A stretch of 64,000 nucleotides of DNA from an uncultured Bacillota bacterium. GTDB lineage: Bacteria; Bacillota; Clostridia; Christensenellales; UBA1242. Below, one piece after another: positions 56,567 to 64,000 of this stretch. The stretch is from contig UQVQ01000004.1 of assembly GCA_900544595.1 (NCBI GenBank), forward strand, positions 64,275 to 128,274, written 5' to 3'. The translations under genes were made by a program, and so were the position numbers. The notes below the pieces were generated by a model that saw only the letters and a list, made by a program, of their open reading frames with translations, had not been told where the DNA came from and did not search any database. Position 1 is the stretch's first letter; the number at the start of each line of letters is the position of its first letter.

Positions 56567-57946
56567 TTAAATGCTGCCAACTGTTCTTGGGAAATATTCA
56601 ACATCGCGAATGTTGCTCATTCCTGTTATATACATAATTAAACGTTCAAAGCCAAGCCCATAGCCGCCGTGCTTTGCCGTTCCATAACGGCGAGTGTTGA
56701 TATAGTCTGTGTAATCTTCTTCTTTAAGCCCAAGTTCTTTCATTCGTTTAAGAAGATAGTCCAGCCTCTCTTCTCTTTGGCTTCCGCCAATAAGCTCGCC
56801 AACGCCAGGAACAAGAAGGTCAACAGCTGCAACGGTTTTGCCGTCGTCATTAAGACGCATATAGAAAGCTTTAATTTCTTTTGGATAGTTTGTTAAGAAA
56901 ACTGGTTTCTTATAGACTTCTTCGGTTATATATCTTTCGTGTTCGCTTTGAAGGTCAACGCCCCAATAAACTGGGAATTGGAAACGATCTTTAACTTTTT
57001 CAAGAATTTTAATTGCGTCGGTGTAGTCAAGGCGAACATAATCGTTTTCTGTTATGGATTTAAGTCTTTCAAGAAGAGTTGTGTCAACAAATTTGTTTAA
57101 GAATTCAAGTTCGTCTTTGCAGTTCTCCATAACATAGCGAACAACATACTTAACCATTTCTTCTTCGTTGTCCATAATATCGTTTAAATCGGCAAAACAA
57201 ATTTCTGGCTCCATCATCCAAAATTCTGCTGCGTGGCGCGTTGTGTTTGAGTTTTCTGCGCGGAATGTTGGCCCAAAAGTGTAGGTGTTTGCAAAAGCGT
57301 GGGTCATTGGTTCCTCATCAATTTGTCCAGAAACGGTCATAAAAACTTGTCTTCCAAAGAAATCTTTGGAATAGTCAACTTTTCCGCTTTGAGCAATTTT
57401 TTCAAGATCAAGTGTTGTAACTTGAAACATACTTCCCGCGCCCTCACAATCGCTTGCTGTTATGATTGGGGTGTTAACATAAACAAAGCCCTTTTCATTG
57501 AAAAATTTGTGGATTGCAAACGCCGCAACCGAGCGAATTCTGAAAACAGCGTTGAAAGTGTTTGTTCTTGGACGAAGAGCAGCGTGCTCGCGCATAAACT
57601 CAAAACTGTGGCCTTTCTTTTGCATTGGATAGTCCGCTTCGCAAGAGCCTAAAACAACGGCTTTTGTTGCGTTAACTTCAAAAGGTTGTTTTGCGTTTGG
57701 TGTTAAAACAACTTTTCCTTCAATTTCAAACGAACTTCCGGTAAGTTGTTTAACAATTTCGTCGTAGTTTTCAATTTTTGCCTTTTCCAAAACAACTTGG
57801 CAACTTTTGAATGCGCCGTCGTTAAGCTCAAGGAAAGCAATGTTTTTTGAATCGCGAATGGTTCTTGCCCAGCCGCAAATTCTAACTTCCTTTTCGGCAA
57901 ATTTTGAATATTCTGTGTTTAATTCTTTAATTTGTGTTCTTTTCAT
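56567..57946 (-). CDS. asnS: Asparagine--tRNA ligase
   Basis: [21 protein letters not shown] signature. Confidence 0.9.
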   Translation of the reverse strand: MKRTQIKELNTEYSKFAEKEVRICGWARTIRDSKNIAFLELNDGAFKSCQVVLEKAKIENYDEIVKQLTGSSFEIEGKVVLTPNAKQPFEVNATKAVVLGSCEADYPMQKKGHSFEFMREHAALRPRTNTFNAVFRIRSVAAFAIHKFFNEKGFVYVNTPIITASDCEGAGSMFQVTTLDLEKIAQSGKVDYSKDFFGRQVFMTVSGQIDEEPMTHAFANTYTFGPTFRAENSNTTRHAAEFWMMEPEICFADLNDIMDNEEEMVKYVVRYVMENCKDELEFLNKFVDTTLLERLKSITENDYVRLDYTDAIKILEKVKDRFQFPVYWGVDLQSEHERYITEEVYKKPVFLTNYPKEIKAFYMRLNDDGKTVAAVDLLVPGVGELIGGSQREERLDYLLKRMKELGLKEEDYTDYINTRRYGTAKHGGYGLGFERLIMYITGMSNIRDVEYFPRTVGSI

Positions 57947-57956
57947 AGTTTTTTTT

Positions 57957-59696
57957 CTACTCCAAATCTAATTTAATATGAACGTCTTTAAGTTGTTTTT
58001 CAAAAACATCATTTGGCGCGCTCATAAGAAGGTCTTGCGCATTTTTATTAAATGGGAATGCAATAACATCGCGAATGATTTCTGTGTTTGCAAGGAACAT
58101 AACAACGCGGTCGAATCCAAATGCTGCGCCAGCGTGTGGTGGAGCGCCATAGGAGAACGCATTGAAGAGGGCAGGGAATTTATTTTCAACTATTTCTCTG
58201 TTATATCCCGCCATTTCAAACGCTTTGACCATAATTTCTGGGTTATGGTTTCGAACAGCGCCGCTTGCCATTTCAACTCCATTTAAAACAATGTCATATT
58301 GATATGCCAAAATTTCAAGAGGATTTTGATTTTCAAGGGCTTCCATTCCGCCTTGTGGCATCGAGAATGGGTTATGGGAGAACGCAACGCAGTTGTTTTC
58401 TTCGTCCCACTCGAAGAATGGGAAGTTAACAACCCAACAGAAATGGAATTTGTTGTTGTCGATTAAGTTAAGCTCTTGCCCAAGTTTATTTCTGAATGTT
58501 CCCATAAGCGAAACAACTTTATTCTTTGTGTCTGCCAAAATGAATGCGCTTTGCCCGTCTTTAAGATTTTCTTCAAAGAACGTTCTTTCGGTTTCGTTAA
58601 GCGTTTTTGCAATTGAGCCCGAAATTTCACCGTTAACTTTTTTAAGCCAGAACAATCCTTTTCCTTCATATGATTGAACAAACTTATTAAGATTGTCATA
58701 GAAACTTCTTGGCTTTTCGCCTGTTTCTGTAATAATCATTTTAATTGTTTTATCGTGGAAAAGCGAAAATTCGCTGTTTTTGAAAAGGTTTGTTGCATCT
58801 TGAACAATAAGTGGGTTTCTTAAATCTGGCTTATCGGAGCAATATTTTTCCATTGCATCTTTAAAGTTGATTCTTTCAAAAGGTGGAGGAGTTATTTCTT
58901 TGTTTGGCGCAAATTCCTTGAACGTTGAATAAAGAACTTCTTCCAAAACCTCAAAAACATCTTCTTGTGTTGCAAAACTCATTTCCATGTCCATTTGATA
59001 GAACTCGCCAGGGCTGCGGTCTGCTCGCGCATCTTCGTCGCGGAAGCAAGGTGCAATTTGGAAATATCTGTCGAAGCCTGAAATCATTAAAAGTTGTTTA
59101 AATTGTTGTGGGCTTTGTGGAAGAGCATAAAACTTTCCTGGGTTAAGACGGCTTGGAACAAGGAAATCTCTTGCGCCTTCTGGGGAAGACGAGGTTAAAA
59201 TTGGAGTGTGGAATTCATTAAATCCAAGCGAAAGCATCTTATTTCGAATGAAATTCATCGCTCTGCTTCTAAGCAAAATGTTTTCATGAACTTCTGGGTT
59301 TCTTAAATCTAAATAGCGATATTTAAGGCGCAATTCTTCTTTTGTGTTAGGGCTTTCGGAAATTTCGAAAGGCAAAACAGGATTGCATTTTCCCAAAACC
59401 TCAATGTCGCTTGCCAAAACTTCAATATCGCCAGTTGGCATTTTTGGATTTTTGCTTTCGCGCTCCAAAACCTTTCCCGAAACCTTAATAACAGTTTCTT
59501 TGCATATATCTGAAATTTTTTCTTCTTCGCGAACAAGAACTTGTGTGAGTCCATAGTTATCTCTTAAAGTGAAGAATGTTATTCCGCCAAGTTTACGAAT
59601 TGAGTTAACCCAGCCAGAAAGCACAACTTCTTTTCCAACATCGGAAATTCTAAGTTCGCCGCATGTGTTTGTTCGATATTCATTTTTCTTAATCAT
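57957..59696 (-). CDS. aspS: Aspartate--tRNA ligase
   Basis: [24 protein letters not shown] and GGMEALE-type insertion domain; 579 aa. Confidence 0.92.
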   Translation of the reverse strand: MIKKNEYRTNTCGELRISDVGKEVVLSGWVNSIRKLGGITFFTLRDNYGLTQVLVREEEKISDICKETVIKVSGKVLERESKNPKMPTGDIEVLASDIEVLGKCNPVLPFEISESPNTKEELRLKYRYLDLRNPEVHENILLRSRAMNFIRNKMLSLGFNEFHTPILTSSSPEGARDFLVPSRLNPGKFYALPQSPQQFKQLLMISGFDRYFQIAPCFRDEDARADRSPGEFYQMDMEMSFATQEDVFEVLEEVLYSTFKEFAPNKEITPPPFERINFKDAMEKYCSDKPDLRNPLIVQDATNLFKNSEFSLFHDKTIKMIITETGEKPRSFYDNLNKFVQSYEGKGLFWLKKVNGEISGSIAKTLNETERTFFEENLKDGQSAFILADTKNKVVSLMGTFRNKLGQELNLIDNNKFHFCWVVNFPFFEWDEENNCVAFSHNPFSMPQGGMEALENQNPLEILAYQYDIVLNGVEMASGAVRNHNPEIMVKAFEMAGYNREIVENKFPALFNAFSYGAPPHAGAAFGFDRVVMFLANTEIIRDVIAFPFNKNAQDLLMSAPNDVFEKQLKDVHIKLDLE

Positions 59697-59818
59697 AAAT
59701 TTCTCCTTTGGATAAAAACATAATACAACAATTTTTTTTCAAATGCAATTATTTGAAAAAAATTCTTATTTTTATAATGAATATTGACGTATTTACTAAT
59801 TATTTATATAATATATAC

Positions 59819-60325
59819 ATGGAATTGAAAGATTTTAACGTTTTTGTTTGCGTTCCTGGCGTTGGGAAAACCTTTTTAGCAAGTCAAAACCCAAACTTTG
59901 TTGATCTCGACAGCGAGCGCGCCGTCTATAAATATGGACTTGAAGGTAAATCGCAACTTGAACTTGAAAAAGAAAAATTTAATCGCGGGGAAGTTGTTAG
60001 AAAAGATTCAACCGATTATGTTATGAAAAGACTTCATGAGTGCATAAGCCAAAACAAAATTGTTCTTCTTGCTCCAAACCCAAAAATTGTTAACAAACTT
60101 GTTGAAGAAAAAATCCCATATTGCTATGTCTATCATTCGCTTGATTGCATCGACGAATATAAAGAGCGAATGAGAAACCGCGGAAACGAAGAAAACTTCA
60201 TAAGCGAAATGCTTGGCGAACATATTATCCATGAATTCTATAAAAACTCGCAGCAAGACCAGCGCCCCGCTCTTAAAATTGAACTTCAAAAAGGGCAGTT
60301 CCTTTCCGACCTATTCAAAAACTAA
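59819..60325 (+). CDS. Small P-loop NTPase/kinase-like protein
   Basis: VCVPGVGKTFLAS Walker A. Start at the MELKDFN ATG at 59819, 6 nt after TATAAT 59807-59812. Confidence 0.55.
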   Translation: MELKDFNVFVCVPGVGKTFLASQNPNFVDLDSERAVYKYGLEGKSQLELEKEKFNRGEVVRKDSTDYVMKRLHECISQNKIVLLAPNPKIVNKLVEEKIPYCYVYHSLDCIDEYKERMRNRGNEENFISEMLGEHIIHEFYKNSQQDQRPALKIELQKGQFLSDLFKN

Positions 60326-60394
60326 AAGACATTGGACTTTTCCATGTCTTTTTTCTTTCTCAATTTCTGATGTCTTTCAGCATATATATTAACT

Positions 60395-60970
60395 ATGAAC
60401 AAAATTTGGGTTGTTATGATGCTTCTTGGAACGGCGGCGCTTTTGGCTGTTAACCCTGGGGCAACTGTTTCAACTCTTCTTGATGCTTCGGCAAGCGCGG
60501 TTGAACTTTCTCTTTCCCTGCTTGGAATTTATGCGGTTTGGCTTGGGCTTTTGGAAATTCTTGACGCAAGCGGACTTTCGAAAAAGATTGCTAAACTTAT
60601 GCGCCCAATCATCAAGAAACTTTTTAAAGGAGCAAGCGAAGAAACACAAAAGGACATTGCCGTTAACCTTTCTGCAAATATGCTTGGGCTTGGCAATGCG
60701 GCAACGCCATACGGAATTAAGGCGATGAAAGGGCTTGACGACGGAAGCGGAGTTGCAACAAAGCCAATGATTATGCTTATGATTCTTAACGCAACCTCAA
60801 TTCAACTTCTTCCCTCAACAACAATTTCGCTTAGGGCGGCGGCGGGAAGCGTTTCGCCCGCCGATATTATTTTGCCAACGCTTCTTGCAACTTTAATTTC
60901 TTGTTTAACCGGCGTTGGGCTTGCCCTTCTTTGCGGAGTTGTTTTTAAAAGGAAAAGAAAAAATGTTTAA
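60395..60970 (+). CDS. spmA: Spore maturation protein A (nucleoside-recognition domain)
   Basis: MNKIWVVMMLLG..., GNAATPYGIKAM; paired with spmB. Confidence 0.8.
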   Translation: MNKIWVVMMLLGTAALLAVNPGATVSTLLDASASAVELSLSLLGIYAVWLGLLEILDASGLSKKIAKLMRPIIKKLFKGASEETQKDIAVNLSANMLGLGNAATPYGIKAMKGLDDGSGVATKPMIMLMILNATSIQLLPSTTISLRAAAGSVSPADIILPTLLATLISCLTGVGLALLCGVVFKRKRKNV

Positions 60971-61088
60971 AATTATTGTTTTTGCTATTATTGCTCTTTC
61001 AGTCTTGTTTTTGGTTATGAAAAAATATCGCCTTCTTATAATCAGTTTGTGTTTCATAATTGTGTCGATGTTTTGCGGAATATTTTAG
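60963..61088 (+). CDS. Possible 41-aa hydrophobic micro-protein between spmA and spmB
   Basis: My translation: MFKIIVFAIIALSVLFLVMKKYRLLIISLCFIIVSMFCGIF. Weak SD; fills the spmA-spmB gap exactly. Confidence 0.3.
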   Translation: MFKIIVFAIIALSVLFLVMKKYRLLIISLCFIIVSMFCGIF

Positions 61089-61100
61089 GAAGGAGAAAGT

Positions 61101-61607
61101 TTGAGCGCTTATGTTGTTCCCATATTTATTATATTAGTAATGTTATATGCTTCTTATAAGAACCTAAATACATATAACATATTTATTAACGGCGCAAAAG
61201 GAGCGGTTCAACTTATTGTTTCAATTTTTCCATATCTTGTTGCAATAATGATTTCTGTTGCTCTTCTTCGAACAAGCGGGCTAACCAATCTTTTAACAAA
61301 AGCGGTTTCCCCAGTTTTCAACTTTCTTGGAATTCCGCCAGAGGTTAGCGAACTTGTTCTTCTTCGTCCGTTCACTGGCAGCGGAAGTTTTGCGCTTTTA
61401 AGCGACATATTTACTCAGTATGGGGCAGACAGCTACATTTCGCGTTGCGCTTCGGTTATTATGGGGAGCAGCGAAACAGTTTTTTATGTTGCAACGGTCT
61501 ATTTTTCTCAAACAAAAGTTAAAAAACTTCTTTATGCAATCCCATGCGCGCTTGCCGCCTCGATTGTTGCGGCCGTTGTTTCTTGTTTGCTTTGCAAAGT
61601 TATATAG
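61101..61607 (+). CDS. spmB: Spore maturation protein B
   Basis: TTG start with AGGAGAAAG SD; LLRPFTGSGSFALLSDI motif. Confidence 0.8.
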   Translation: MSAYVVPIFIILVMLYASYKNLNTYNIFINGAKGAVQLIVSIFPYLVAIMISVALLRTSGLTNLLTKAVSPVFNFLGIPPEVSELVLLRPFTGSGSFALLSDIFTQYGADSYISRCASVIMGSSETVFYVATVYFSQTKVKKLLYAIPCALAASIVAAVVSCLLCKVI

Positions 61608-61785
61608 GAAAATTTAAAAATTTTTTTGTTGGCGTAAAAAATTTTTTTGGAAATTTTTGAGCGAATTCAATCAAAAAATTGTGTCATTTTTGAGAAATCT
61701 GCAAACACACGGCGAGGTGTTGGGAAAAACCTTAAAAAAAGGCAAAAAAAAGTTAAAAATTTCTTAAAAAAGTTGTAAAAAACTG

Positions 61786-61814
61786 TTGACTTTTGTTTTT
61801 TGAAGTTGTATATT
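61786..61814 (+). promoter_or_regulatory. sigma-A promoter driving the 23S rRNA gene
   Basis: TTGACT 61786-61791, 17-nt spacer, TATATT 61809-61814, preceded by A/T-rich UP-like sequence. Confidence 0.6.
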
Positions 61815-62035
61815 ATTGTCACCGCGTGTGAAAAGGAAGGACAAAATCCAACCAAAAACAAAGCGGAATTTGCACTGAAGTGCAAAAAATTGAACTTTGA
61901 CAATTGAATAGTATAGATATCAAATGTGATAATAATTTATTATTATATTAGAGTCAAATATCAGTAACAAAAATAAAGTGTAATATGTAAAATCTTCAAA
62001 TACAAGATATACTGTTAATTTACGCTGAGTTTTTA

Positions 62036-62045
62036 TCTTTAACAA
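62036..62045 (+). promoter_or_regulatory. boxA-like antitermination element in the 23S leader
   Basis: TCTTTAACAA matches the core of E. coli boxA TGCTCTTTAACAA. Confidence 0.4.
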
Positions 62046-62096
62046 ATCTAAGATTAAAAATTAGTGAAAATGCTAAGAAATCCAAAACGTAATATA

Positions 62097-64000
<1,904 letters not shown>

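Overview
Low-GC (about 35% by eye) chromosomal segment from an endospore-forming Firmicute, probably Clostridia-like, covering the dnaA/rpmH region. It is mostly core genes. These include pth, dnaA, rpmH-rnpA-yidD-yidC-jag, cls, groES-groEL, tmk, frr-uppS-cdsA-rseP, ruvX, tilS, thrS, mrnC-rlmB, mnmA, tadA, asnS-aspS, one tRNA-Ser(GCU) and the 5' 1.9 kb of a 23S rRNA. Sporulation genes are spread through the window: spo0A, yabP-yabQ-divIC-like, a SipL/SpoVID-like LysM protein, ytxC-like, spmA-spmB, and a DUF1540 small protein. Two very large repeat-rich surface proteins are present (MBG/YDG repeats, 1782 aa; GLUG-like repeats, 1132 aa). I found no CRISPR array, transposase, integrase, prophage or recognisable defence operon, so I cannot point to a convincing novel multi-gene system. 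The most unusual signals are: (1) a perfect 20-bp direct repeat carrying tandem DnaA boxes in a 590-bp non-coding gap 42 kb from dnaA, while the dnaA locus has one box and no dnaN; (2) a 23S rRNA gene with its own promoter and no upstream 16S; (3) a PolC-like N-terminus/OB/exonuclease-only protein near the rseP cluster; (4) seven genes whose -10 hexamer ends 6-7 nt before the start codon with no Shine-Dalgarno (candidate leaderless mRNAs); (5) a fused ThyX-like protein with catalytic motifs split between its halves; (6) a ThrRS with no TGS domain and no T-box leader, next to a BspA-type LRR gene fragment. All calls come from reading the sequence and the ORF track; no searches were run.
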